A program made the position numbers and the translations under genes. A DNA stretch of 64,000 nucleotides from Selaginella moellendorffii. Lineage: Eukaryota > Plantae > Lycopodiophyta. Below are positions 24,101-36,239 of this stretch, piece by piece. Positions within the stretch are counted from its first letter, which is position 1. Every line of letters starts with the position of its first letter. The notes beneath the pieces were generated by a model. That model saw only the letters and a program-made list of their open reading frames with translations. It was not told where the DNA came from and did not search any database. Where the stretch lies: positions 2,573,693 to 2,637,692 of the forward strand of contig NW_003314276.1 of assembly GCF_000143415.4 (NCBI RefSeq). The letters are read 5' to 3'.

Positions 24101-27023
24101 GGATTGGTTCAATCGGTTCGCGGTAGCCTTGCATAGACAAGGTAAGAACCTTGTGGTACTGGCGAATACCCGAGGAGAACGATCCAGGGTGGAAGCATAG
24201 GATCTAAAGGTAGGGCAATGTAAGGCCAAAGACTCCAACCTGAACCTGGTGTCCTTGAAAGGACAATTTATTAAAGGAACTAAGGTAGCATTTTTGTGCT
24301 TACTCTTGGTAAGGAGTGACAAAAAGATAAGAATAAAAGAAATGTCTTAAGTGATCCAATGGGTGTGGGACCAATTCCAAGATACCATGCTAGAGGAGCT
24401 ACCAGCAGGGTTAACCCCCGAACGACTAATAAAACATAAGATCGAGCTAGTCAAGGGTGCTAAGGTGGTGATTCGTCCCTCCTATCAGTTGAATAAAAAG
24501 GAACTCGAGGACCTCAACACCAACTTGAGGAGTTGGTAGAAAAAGGGTATATTAGGTTTAGGAAGTCACCGTATGGTGCATTAGTGTTATTTGTGAAAAA
24601 GAAAGATGAATCTATACGCATGTGCATAGACTACCAGTTGCTTAACAAGTATACAAAGAAGAATAAATACCCTTTACCAAGGATTGAGGATCTGTTTGAT
24701 AGGTTAGGAAAAGTGAAATACTTTTCAAGGATTGACATGGGGTCAGGATACTACTAGAGCAGGGTAGTAGAGGAAGATATTGAGAAAACAACCTGTCGGA
24801 CAAGGTATAGAAGCTTCGAGTTTTTAGTGATGCCCTTTGGGTTATGCAATGCTCCAACAACATTCTCAGCATTAATGATCCATATTTTTGTACCCTATCT
24901 GGATTATTTTGTGATTATCTACATTGACGACATCTTAATATATAGCAAGATGCTAGAGGAGCATGCCGAACACTTGACGAAGGTGTTTGAGAAACTAAAG
25001 GAACACTAGCTATATGCTAAAGAGAGCAAATGTGACTTTGCTCAACAAGAGGTAAAGTTTCTTGGGCATGTGATGGGCAAGGATGAGCTCAAGGTGGGCC
25101 CTGAGAAAGTCCAAGCAATCTAGGAATGGGAACAACTATTGAATGTACATGAGTTAAGGACATTCTGAGTAAGGATTTTGAGGTAGAAATAAATGCTTCA
25201 GACTTTGCATTAAGTATAGTGTCAAAGCAAAATAACCATTTAATAGCGTTCTTCTTGAAAAAGTTGGACAAAGATCAGCAAAAATGGCCTATCCACATGA
25301 AGGAATTGTTTGTGGTGGTCAAGGCACTCAAGGAGTGGTGACACTACCTTGGGAGACACTTCAAAGTTTACACAGAGAATGTGGCAATAAAACACTTTTT
25401 GTCACAACCAAACTTGATAGGGAAACAGGGTCAGTGGGCCAATATTTTTGCTGAGTTTGATTATGAGATTCTGTATAAACCTGGGAAGAGCAACATCGTG
25501 GTGGATGCTCTAAGTCAAAAAACGAGCTTGAAGTTAGCTATATCTAACGCGACAGAAACCCTTTGGGATGATGTGCGGATAGCATGTGAAAACAATGGTC
25601 TAGCACAAGAAGTGTTGCTGAGGAACCAAAGGATGTCCAAGACTATGTAAAGACATGTCCAACATATCAGCAGGTCAAATTTGTGACTAAAGCTAATAGG
25701 GACTTGTTACAAAGCATCCCAATTCCAGATCGTCCATGAAAATGTCTTACAATGGACTTCATCACGGGACTCCCCCCAAGTAAGGGGTTTGATGCGATAT
25801 TCGTGGTGGTGGACCAATTTTCAAAGATGGCACATTTCATATCCACCACAATGGAAGTGGATGCGGAAGGTGTGGCAAAGCTATTCTTCGAACAAGTGGT
25901 CCGAGTGTGGGGAAGGCCAAAAGAGATTATCTCAAATCGAAATAAAATCTTCACCAGTAGGTTCTGGAGAACTCTCTTAGAACAGTATCGCACCAAATTG
26001 AAATTTAGCAAACCCTATCAGCCACAAACAGGTATTGAGTATTAAGTTAAGTTTGATGGCACTAACACTTCTTGACAGATGGACAAACGGAAAAAGTGAA
26101 TAGGAAGCTGGAGGATTATTTGCGATGCTATGTCTCCGGAGACTAGACTAATTGGGTAAGTCATTTGTGACTTGCAGAAATGTGCTATAACAACTCACCA
26201 CACTTGAGTATCAAGATGAGTCCATGGGAAGTCATCAATGGGCGAGCTATTGAAGGTCCTGTGCTATTTTGAGAAATTGAGCAATGTCATATGTTGGGAC
26301 TCGAAGGCGCACTGAAGGTAAGCTAATTAGCATGGGTTAGCTAGGTCAACCAGGTGTAGGGAACTACGCCCAACTCCCTGTAGGGATATCAAATCTGTAG
26401 ATGTATTCTACGAAGGTTGGGTTCAAGTCCTAACTTACTAGTAAAGCAAGGCTAGGTTCAAGTCCCATCCTCATACTAGGGTGTGGTGAGGGAAGGGGTA
26501 TAAGGGCACCTATATTCCATTGTCATGGGCTCTTGGCCGGGGAGGGTAACTTATGCACACCGCTAAGTGAGGGGATGCCCCCAGAGACATGGTCAACAAG
26601 TTGTAGGATTAATAAAAGATATTCGATGTGGGTATTGAACTTCTTCTATGGGTGATGGAGTTGTAAGGAACCAACTCCTCAAAGTGTCGAATGCTAAAGG
26701 ATCCCCGAAACCATGACTGGAATGATAAAGAGTTCATCGGATGAGACTGAGTCCGAGATCGAGTCTGAGACTGACTCTAAGACCGAGTTCAAGATCGAGT
26801 CCGAGACCAAATTCGAGACCAAGTCCGAGATCCAAGATCGGGTCTGAGACCGAGTCCAAGGTTGAGTCCGAGACAGAGTCCGAGGTCGGGTCCTAGATCA
26901 AGTCCGAAATCAAGTTTGAGACTGAGTCTGAAGTTGAGTTTGAGATTGAGTCCAAGACCGAGTCCAAATACTAATACAGGTTGTGGGGTGAAAGCCTAGA
27001 GCATGTGTCTTCCGAGGGGGGGG
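21132..27023 (+). mobile_element. Decayed Ty3/gypsy chromovirus-family copy B (LTR 21132-21667, gag, PR, RT, RH, INT, 3' UTR, PPT; 3' LTR missing)
   Basis: TGTAG...TTACA LTR, PBS at 21671, knuckle CFNCSEVGHFSREC, protease [43 protein letters not shown]. Many stops and internal deletions. Confidence 0.88.
23237..24069 (+). mobile_element. TRIM family 2 (T-arm/B-box TRIM), full copy inserted in protease
   Basis: LTRs 23237-23398 and 23918-24069 (TGTAGCGCA...TGCRCTAYA), PBS-like TGGTATTGGAG, PPT GAGGGGGAGGGTGAG, TSD ACATG/ACATA. Removing it restores MDFTMLD-AGFDVIFGMDWF. Confidence 0.9.
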
Positions 27024-29845
27024 ATTATTTCTTCGATGATGATTATACATTTATCTATCGATGAGATGATTGATGATCTTTCATGATAATTAGTTGTTCT
27101 CTTTGATAATGTAAACTCCTGACTTGGACTTCCTGGGAGGTCACCTTTCATAGGCCCTTTCCCTCTATATTGAAACCCTATGGATCGTCTCTCGAGTCGT
27201 TCCCTTTAGTTGCTTACAATCCACTATGCTTCCCTAAAAATTCACGCCCTCATGAATGGAAACTGAGAGCCACAACTCTCTTGACACCTTACCCCTTGGG
27301 TCGAGCCTAGCGGGAGCAAACTAGATTAGCCAGATGTCAATCAACATGTGGTGTGATTCCACTCTCTTGACACCCTACCCCTTGGGTCGAGCCCAGTGGG
27401 AGTAAACTAGACTAGCTAAATGTCAATCAACATGTGGTGTGATTCCTCTAGCCAACCAACAGAGTCAGACCTGAGACCCCTCTGATACCAAATGTAAGCT
27501 CATAAGTTTAGACTTCCCGGAAGGTTACCCAGCACAATACTATTCAAACCCAAAGACACTTAACCCAAGTATCCCAAGACCTTTAACCAATTAGAAAAGG
27601 AGGTGCACTTTTATTCATGGGCCCTTTCCCTTTATATTTGAACCCCATAGATCGTCTCTCGAGTTGTTCCTTTTAGTTGCTTACAGATAGCTTTTGGCTT
27701 TTTACATTACTATATGTTCTTTGTGATTTGTTTTGGATTGATCTTTTAGATTTGAAACATTAGAAGGATGTTGTTGACTCTTACTTAAAACACTTAAGTT
27801 CATTAGTATTATTGACTAGGATCTAATCAAATTGACTAATGTGATATTTGGCATGAATATTGTGTTTGTTAGTCTTTGCAACATTCCTTCTATTTTGTTG
27901 ATTGTTGTTATAGTTGGTTCTACTAAATTGAATGTTATTTCCTTTAAGTGATACATTCGTGAATATTTTCCTTATCCGTCAATGATACTTTATATTCTTT
28001 TAGTTGTTTTTTGTATAGATGGTAAATCCTATGTTTTCCAAATTATGATGATCTTGGTGGTTCCTATACTATAATTCTAGTTTATTGGATGATAACTTTC
28101 TTGGAATACTTTTGTGTTCTAATCTAAAATTTATTTACTAATAATTTAGTCTCTTAGATATCATTGTCTTTGACTTTGATATTGTCCATTTATTGATCTT
28201 TGGGTTTTGGCCAATATAGACAGACTAGCTTCGACACTTTATATGCATGGTGAAATCTTTAGTTATGGGGTAGCTACTGTAAACTGATCACATCAACCTC
28301 TTTGTCGATATTCGTTATTTCATTTAAAAAAATGTGACCTTGTAAACAACTCTCACTATATTTATAGTATTCTATCTAAACTTTACCAACAGATTTGGTT
28401 TCTTTGCTCATGAGGGTTAGGGCCTTTGGCTTCTCTCCTTATATTCCTGTAGGTAGGGGTGTATCACACTTTTGTAAACTAGGTGACACCTAGAGTAGCA
28501 AGGGTGGCTAACTCTATTGGTCATTTCCTTGTCGGCAATAGCTGGAAGGTGTCTAAGTTGGTAGTGCATTTGCGTTAGACAAAGATGTTACTTTAACTCA
28601 TTAAAGTTGGTGCATTTTTCATAAAGTGTGAATACTGTGAACTTTTTCTGGAGTTATTTCCTTGGCGGTATTCTATACTAGAGTATGCATCAACGAGGAC
28701 ATCAATCTTCCCTAAGATGGGGAGAGTGTCACAAATGTGATTTCGAGTATCGAAAGCTACCTTTCAGTTAGTCCTTTTAAATATTCTTTCTTTACTGCCA
28801 CGACAATACGAAGTTGGTATTGCTGGATCTTTTATCAATCTCCTCCTAAGGTAGCTAAGAAACTAGTCAATGGTTGTGTACTTAAATCAAATAAACATAA
28901 GGTAAGAACTTTATGTGTTTCTTGCTAAGCATAATTGGCCTAGTTTGAGAAACTCTTGTTATTCGCTTGCACTTGCTAGTGTTCAAAACCCCCATGATAT
29001 TGAGTTTTGTCCCTCAATATTCATTAGATGATAGCTTACGTGTCTGCCAAACACCCTCATTATGATGCACCTTGTGTTAGTTCCATTCAGTCCTAATTGC
29101 TACTTATAAAAAGTGTCTAGATTTGCTAATTTAGCATATTTATGGAATGTAAAGATTGTCTTAAACACAATGGTGTTTGTCCCATACCCAAATTCACAAT
29201 CTAACACCATTAAATATTTAGTAAGTTTTGAGTTAGTCCTAGATATTAACTCCTAATACTAAAGATGGCTAAAAGTGAAAGCCCAAAGCATGCATTCCTC
29301 AAGGGGCTATAGGGGGTTCTAAATGTATAGTAGGGATAGTAGGTAGATCGGGCATGGCCGACCAACCTAAGGCATAATCTAGCTCTCGCTTACATACCTA
29401 TCTTTATTTTGTGTCTATCTTATGTCTAAGCCCAAGTTCCACACCATGCTAACTGGTGGAGTACCCATATCCTTATGTTAGGCCACTAGTATGCTGAAAT
29501 AGTGCCAAACTCTTTTGGCTTTGTTTTGCGTGTTGATCTTTGCATTGGGGTGTTGGATACTCTAGGACTGTTCCAAGTCACTTTGTGTTCCAGTCTCTTT
29601 ACTCCTTGGGTTGTACACTCGAGAGTTGCTCCATGCTCCAGTTCCGTCACTTCTTGGTTCCATGCTTAGGAGTTTGGCTTTATTCTTTCATTCAGTGGCC
29701 CAAGGCTCTTAAACTCAAGTTCTGCACCACTGCCTTTTGGATATATAGTATATAACACGTAGCATATAAAGGGTTCAAGTTCCACTTTGTGGTTATCCTA
29801 TAGTAAATCACTATATAATAAAAGGTGAAAACCACTTGCACTACA
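27024..29845 (+). mobile_element. Decayed LTR-element 3' region + PPT + long (possibly composite) 3' LTR 28727-29845
   Basis: PPT AAGATGGGGAGAG then TGTCAC...GCACTACA. The block is homologous to ~30720-33039 and hosts the Cassandra-type copy. Confidence 0.65.
27110..27685 (-). mobile_element. Cassandra-type TRIM with 5S rRNA-derived LTR segment
   Basis: On the minus strand: 5' LTR 27685-27493, PBS TGGTATCAGAG, non-coding interior with an 86-bp duplication, and an internally deleted 3' LTR 27218-27110. TSD GATAA/GATAG. The LTR contains GTTAAGTGTCTTTGGG...GGGTAACCTTCCGGGAAGTC. Confidence 0.88.
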
Positions 29846-32800
29846 GAGATGCCTTATCATTGACATTGTTGATATTGAGATTTGAGTGAGATGAGATGTC
29901 TCTCTATATGATTAATATTGATTTTCATTAGTCTTGATGCAAATAGTGTTGATACTTAACCTGTAGCTTTGTGTTATTAGCATTTATGCATTTGCTCATT
30001 AGTAACTATGTTAGCGTTCAAACAAACTGAGTAGCAAGTTGAGTTATCTGGTTTTTAAATGAGATTGTTTAGTAGGGGTTAAGCTTTGAGCTTTTCTTTA
30101 AAAAGTGATATAGTTATGGACTATGCTAACTTTACAAAAAAAAGAATTAGTGATCGATATTGAAGATGTTGATTCCTTGTTAGAATTGAATTGGGGATAT
30201 ATCAATTGTTAATGATTCTTTTTGTGTTTGTTATGAAATGAGTTATGTCTTGCTATAAATAAATCCATAGAGGATCAATTTAGTGGTCACTTGTTGAGCA
30301 TAGCTTTATTATGCTTGGATTTTGCATTGATGCAAAAATGCTCTTCATTAGCTTTACATTATAAAGTTTAGTTTATGAATGTTTTAAAGAGGATATTATG
30401 GGTTGTACCAAGAGGTCTTCTTTTGCATTGAAGTTATTTCATATGAGATTCATGATCATTGTTAGGCAAAACTTGGCTATAAGTTTCTTCGAGCTTTTGG
30501 TTCTTTAAATTTTATGTTCATTGTATTATTTGTTAGAAGTTGTTGGCAAAAGCATTTTTGGCACATTAGCTTTAATATTAAAGTTAGGATTTGCATATGG
30601 CAATTATTGATGATGAATGACTATCATCTTGGGATAGTTGATTGTTCTCGTTAATAGTTTTGTTTAGTTGTTGTTAGTGGTGAATGATTTGCTATTATTT
30701 GGGATGGTAGATTGTTTATTCAACAATGATTATGCATCTTTCTATCGATAGAATGATCTTTTATAATAGTTAGTTATTCTCTTTAATAACTTATGGCTTT
30801 TTGCATTACCACATATTTTTTATGATTTTCTTTGGATTAATCTTTTAGTTTTAAGATATTAGTAGGATGTTACTAACACTTGCTTAAGCAACTTGAGTTC
30901 CTTAGTATGGTTGACTGGGATTTATTCAAATTGGATAGTGTAATAGTTGGCATAAATGAGTGTTTGTTGGTCTTGCCACATTCATTCTGTTCTGTTAATT
31001 ATTGTTATGGTTAGTTTTGATAGATTGGATGTTATTTCCTTTGAATAATACATTTACGAGCATTTTTCTTGCCAGTCGATGATATTTTGGGTTCTTTGAG
31101 TTATTTTATATAAATTATTTAGCATGCTATTTACAATCTTTGATAGTTATGTTTTATCATTAAGTTTTCTTGATGATCTTCTTGATGATACTCTTGATGA
31201 TACACTTGCTATTTAATTTTGTTGGATGGTTAATCCTCTAATCTTAATCTTTAAAAATCTTGGTGGTTTCTGTACTCTAATAGTCATTTATTGGATGATA
31301 ATTTATTTGGAACACTTTTGTATTCTAATTTAAGATATTCACTGATAATTAAGTCTCTAAGAAATCATTGATATTGTCCATTTCTTGATCATTGGGTTTG
31401 GGCCAATATATGCAAACTGGCTTCAACACTTTGTGTGCATGGTGAAATCTTTAGTTATGGGGTAGTTACTATCGATTGGTCACATCATTCTTTATTTTTG
31501 TTTTGAAAGGGCATGACCATGTAAATAACTCTAACTATCTATTTACAGTAGTCTATTTAAATCTGAATGATATGTTTAGTTTCTTTGCTCATAAGGGTTG
31601 GGGCCTCTAACTTCTCTCTCTATGTCCTTATGTCCAGGGGTGTATCATACTTTTGTAAGCTGGATGACACCCAAAGCAACAAGGTGGTTAACTCCATTGG
31701 TCATTTCCTTGTTGGCAATGGCCAAAAGGTGTTTGAGTTGGTAGTGCATTTGTGTTACAAAAAGAAGTTATCTCTTAATTCATTTAAGTTGGTGTATTTC
31801 TATAAGCTCCTTGAATTTAGACTTCCTAGAATGTCACCCAACTTAGTATTATTCAAACCCAAGGACACTTAACCCCAAATATCCCAAGACCCTTAACTAA
31901 TTGAAAACGAAGGTACACTCTTATTTATGGGCCTTTTCCCTCTATATTTGAACCCTTATGGATTGCCTCTTGAGTCGTTCCCTTTGGTTGTTTACAATTT
32001 CTCACAAAGTGTGAATACTGTGAATTTTTTCTGGAGTTGTCCCTTTGTGGTGTTCTAAACTAGAGTATGTATTGACAAGGACATTAATCTTTCTTAAGGG
32101 GGGGAGAGTGTTGCAAATGTGACTACAAGTATCAAAAGTTATTTATTGGTTAGTCCTTTTAGATATTCTTTCTTTAAGCTATTGGCTTGGCTCTTAGTTC
32201 TTTTATGCTCTATCTTGCACTGATTTGACAAGAACCCTCATATATTAAGAGTCCCTCAATATCGCCAGATGATAACTTACCGTGTCTACCAAACACCCTC
32301 ACTATCATGCACCTAATGTTAGTACCATTCGGTTCCAATTGTTATTTATGGAAATTGTCTTAATTTGGCATATCTATAGAATATAAAGATTGTCCTAAAC
32401 ACAATAGTGTTTGTCCCATACCCAAATTCATAATCTAGCACCATTTCAGATTTAATAAGTTTTGAGCTAGTCTCAGAAATTAACTCCTCGTACTAAAGAT
32501 GGCTAGAGGGTTCACAATATATAGTAGGGATAGTGGGTAGATTGGGCATGATATAGTTTAGCTCCTGCTTGCATGCTTGTCCTTATTCTATGTCTAACTT
32601 AGGTTTAAGCCCAAATTCCATTCCATGTTAGCTGGTGGAGTATTGATATCCTTGCATTAGGCCACTAGTATGCTAAAGTAGTGCCAAACTCTGTTTGGCT
32701 CCGTTTTACACGCTAGTTTTGGCATTGAGATGTTACATGCTTTAAGACTATTCCAAGTCACTCTGTGCTCCTATCCCTTTGCTCCTTGGGCTAAACGCTC

Positions 32801-33039
32801 AAGAGTTGCTCTGTGCTCCAATTCCATCACTTCTTGGCTCCATGCTTAGAAGTTTGGCTTTATTCCTTCATTCAGTAGCCTAAGGCTCTGAAACTCAAGT
32901 TCCACTCCATTGTCCTTGGGGACACGTGGCATATGGCATGTGGTATATGACACATGGCATATGAAGGGTTTAGGTTCTGCTTCGTGGTTATCCTATAGTA
33001 AATCACTAGAGGATAAAGGGTGAAATCATGTGCACTACA
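29846..33039 (+). mobile_element. Second decayed copy of the same LTR-element 3' region + LTR 32109-33039
   Basis: PPT AAGGGGGGGAGAG then TGTTGC...GCACTACA; collinear similarity with 27024-29845. Confidence 0.65.
31801..31996 (-). mobile_element. Solo LTR of the Cassandra-type TRIM
   Basis: 196 bp with perfect TSD ATTTC. The minus strand has GTTAAGTGTCCTTGGGTTTGAATAATACTAAGTTGGGTGACATTCTAGGAAGTC (5S-like). Confidence 0.88.
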
Positions 33040-33570
33040 GCAAGTTCGACAGGCCTTATGAAATTGAGGCTCAAATTAGTAAAGTGGCTTACCACCTCTA
33101 ACTTTCTCAAGAGATAGAAAAAATATACTTTATGTTCCATGTGAACTTAGTTAAACCGTACTTTGAAGATCTACTTCACAAGGACCAAGTAAGACCTTTA
33201 TCCAAGGGGAAGAGGAATACAAGGTCAAGGCCATCCTCAATGCTTGTAAGAGTAAGTGATAAAGACACAAGGTAAGGGAGTTCTATATGAAGTGGAAAAG
33301 ATTTCCTTATTGCGAAGCAATATAGGAAACGGAGGAGAACCTAGCGAACGCGAGATCTAGTGAAAAAGTAAAACCCTATGTACTTATATAAAGTTCAATT
33401 AAAGTATCCATTTGTGAAATTAAGCAATATCATATGTTAGGGCCCAAAGGCACGCCAAAGGTAAGCTAATTAGCATAGGTTAGCTAGATCGACCAACCAT
33501 AAGTAACTATGCCCGACTCCCTGTGGGGATGTCAAATCCGCAGTCGTATACTATGGAGGTTGGGTTCAAG

Positions 33571-34222
33571 TGTAGCACATATGAACATAGAATGAGATTT
33601 GGATATACTATCACCATAGATCGTTAGAACCTTGGGGGATAAATAGGGATAAAATAACCACTAAGGGCTCTTTCATCAAGCAGTTGCCCTTTTTCCAGTT
33701 GACTTAAGGGGAGAGAGATAGAGTGTGCTAAATGTGGTATTAGAGGAAATAGCATGGGTTCGATTCCCATTTATTAATGGCTACTTAAAAAATATAATAT
33801 ACCCTTAAGTAAGGTATATTTCTACCCCTAAATTTGAAATTGTATGTATTATATTTTTCCTTTTAGTGGAGCATCCAGAGACGAAGGTATCCACAATGGG
33901 ACTGCGGTATAGGTGAATGATTAGTTTCTTCACATGGGGAACCAGCACCTCCATTTCTACATTAAATCTACCAATCCTTCAATTGTGTAGACCAAATATT
34001 CCATATGGCTCAATAGGGGTTGTTAGTCAATAGTCAATGAGAATATTGACATATCTAAAGGGGGGGTGAGTGTAGCGATGTGATCAATTTGGATATATTA
34101 TCACTATAAATCCTTGGAACCTTAGGGGATAAATAGGGATAAAATAGCCACTAAGGGCTCTCTTATCAAGCAATTGCCCCTTTTTCAGTTGGTTTAAGAG
34201 GAGAGAGATAGAATGTGCTACA
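33571..34222 (+). mobile_element. TRIM family 2, second full copy
   Basis: LTRs 33571-33732 and 34071-34222, perfect TSD TCAAG, PBS-like TGGTATTAGAGG, PPT GGGGGGGTGAG. Confidence 0.92.
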
Positions 34223-35102
34223 TCAAGTCCCAACCCTTTAGTAAAGCAAGGCTGGGTTTAAGTCCAAACCCTATACTAGGGTGGGGTGGGACACCTATAT
34301 CCTATTATCAGCTCTTGGTTGGGGAGGTCAACTCCCCAAGGTGTCATAGACTAAAGGATCCTTGAAACCACAATCAGAATGATAAAGAATTTATTGAATG
34401 AAACCAAGTTTGAGATCGAGTCTAAGACCGACTCCAAGACCGAGTATAAGATCGAGTCTGCGATCAAGTCCGAGACCAACTCTAAGACCAAATTCGAGAT
34501 AGAGTCTGGGACAAAGTTCAAAACCAATTCTGAGATCTAAAATCAAGTCCAAGTCTAAGTCTGAGATCGAGTTCAAGACCGAGTCCAAATTCAGGTCCAA
34601 AATCGAGTCCAAGATCAAGTCTGAGACCAAGTTCGAATACTAATACAAGTTGTGCGGTGATAGCCCAAAGCGTTCATCTGACAGAGGCAAAGGAGGAGGA
34701 GGGGGGGGGGGGGGCTGTAGGGGGCTCCAAAAGTAAAGTAAGGATAGTGAGGTTAGGAATCAGTCTTGAAGGAAATCTTCAATGGTGCTTTCAAACTAAC
34801 TTAAGGTTAGGATTAGGGGTTAGGGGCCTTGGGTGGGAGTGAGCATGGAGTGGGTGGTGCTAGAGAAAACACACAAGGAAGTGCTCAAGAGCAACTCCCA
34901 CTCCCAAAAGGGAAACCAATTACAGTGGTCCCAGCTTATATGGAGTGATGCCTCACTTGAGTACCATGCAGCTTATTGGTCCTCACCTCTTTCTAGGAAG
35001 TTGGGGAGTAGGGGTACCCATACTATATGACTAGACCATGGTGTTTCCCCCTAGAGTCCCAAAACAAATGATACACCCAAAGCTTGGGATTAAGAGTCTT
35101 AT

Positions 35103-35264
35103 TGTAGCGCACCTTATCTCTCTCCCCTTAAGCCAACTGGAAAAGGGGCAATTGCTTGATGAGAGAGCCCTTAGTGGCTATTTTATCCCCATTTATCCCC
35201 CAAGGTTCCAAGGATCCACGGTGACAGTATATCCAAATCTCATCCCATGATCACATGCGCTACA
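35103..35264 (-). mobile_element. Solo LTR of TRIM family 2
   Basis: 162 bp, TGTAGCGCA...TGCGCTACA, TSD CTTAT/CCTAT; inserted in the chromovirus LTR. Confidence 0.88.
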
Positions 35265-35581
35265 CCTATGATCAAGTCTTAGTACCAAGGGATGTTAAGA
35301 ACTTGGAAGCTTGGTGTGCTTAGCTGCTTATGCCTGTGGGGAGTGTAGCCAAACCTTAAGTCTAGAGGGGGATTGATAATGAATTTGGGAATCCGTGAAT
35401 GGATAGGTAACACCTTGTTATTTGTGTAGTAAGTAGCTAAAGCCAAGTAGGACTAAATAGGAGTTAGTACCATAGGCGGGAACCTTGGCAAAGGAACTTA
35501 CTTAAGCCCAAAACAGTGGTGATTGAATAGACGAGGTAAGCTAGCAAATTAGAAAGGAAAACTTTATGGCTTACACACTAG

Positions 35582-36154
35582 TGTAAGCAACCAACTCAAA
35601 GAACAATTTATTAGGGTTCAAATATAAAGGGAAAGGGCCTATGAATAAAAGTGCACCCTTTTTTCCAATTGGTTAAGGGTCTTGGGATATTTGGGGTTAA
35701 GCGTCCTAGGGTTTGAATAATATAACCTTCTGGGAAGTCTAAATTTAGGAGCTTACAATTTGGTATTAGAGAGGTCTTAGGTCTGACTCTATTGGTTGGC
35801 TACGGGAATCACACCACATGTTGATTGACATTTAGCTGGTTTAGTTTGCTCCCACTGGGCTCGACTCGAGGGGTAGGGTGTCAAGAGAGCGGGGCTCTTG
35901 GGAGTGCTATGGCTCTCAATTTCCATTTACGAAGGCGTGAACTTATAGGGAAGTATGGTAGATTATAAACAACCAAAGAGAACGATTCAAAAGACAATCT
36001 GTTGAAATTCAAATATAGAGAGAAAGGGCCCATGAATAAAAGTGCACCCCCTTTTCCAATTGGTTAAGGGTCTTGGGATATTTGGGGTTAAGTGCCCTTG
36101 GGTTTAAATAGTACTAGGCTAGATTCCCAAGAAGTCCAAATTCAAGAGCTTACA
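35582..36154 (+). mobile_element. Cassandra-type TRIM, second full copy
   Basis: LTRs 35582-35757 and 35964-36154, PBS TGGTATTAGAG, ~200-bp interior, perfect TSD ACTAG. 5S-like segments GTTAAGCGTCCTAGGG and GTTAAGTGCCCTTGGG..AATAGTACTAGG. Confidence 0.9.
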
Positions 36155-36239
36155 ACTAGAGTCTTCCCTCTACTATACTTTTGGAGCTCACCAAATCTCC
36201 CAGGGTTTGGGAGACGATCACTTTGGGCTTTCACCCTTA

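Larger units (their letters stand above)
33040..35575 (+). mobile_element. Chromovirus 3' end: INT C-terminus, chromodomain remnant, 3' UTR, PPT and 3' LTR (34716-35575)
   Basis: KFDRPYEIEAQISKVAY and EEYKVKAIL..FYMKWK; poly-G PPT; LTR TGTAGG...GGCTTACA homologous to 21132-21667. Confidence 0.8.

Noticed and set aside
26743-26970. Short-repeat arrays as CRISPR-like loci
   Set aside because: There are no unique spacers or cas genes; these are degenerate minisatellites in eukaryotic TE DNA.
27493-27685. A genuine 5S rRNA gene
   Set aside because: Only ~55 nt of the internal control region is present, embedded in an LTR with PBS and TSD.
33754-33770. A tRNA gene or tRNA-derived SINE
   Set aside because: Only a T-arm is visible, with no cloverleaf or poly-A tail, and it lies inside an LTR-bounded element.
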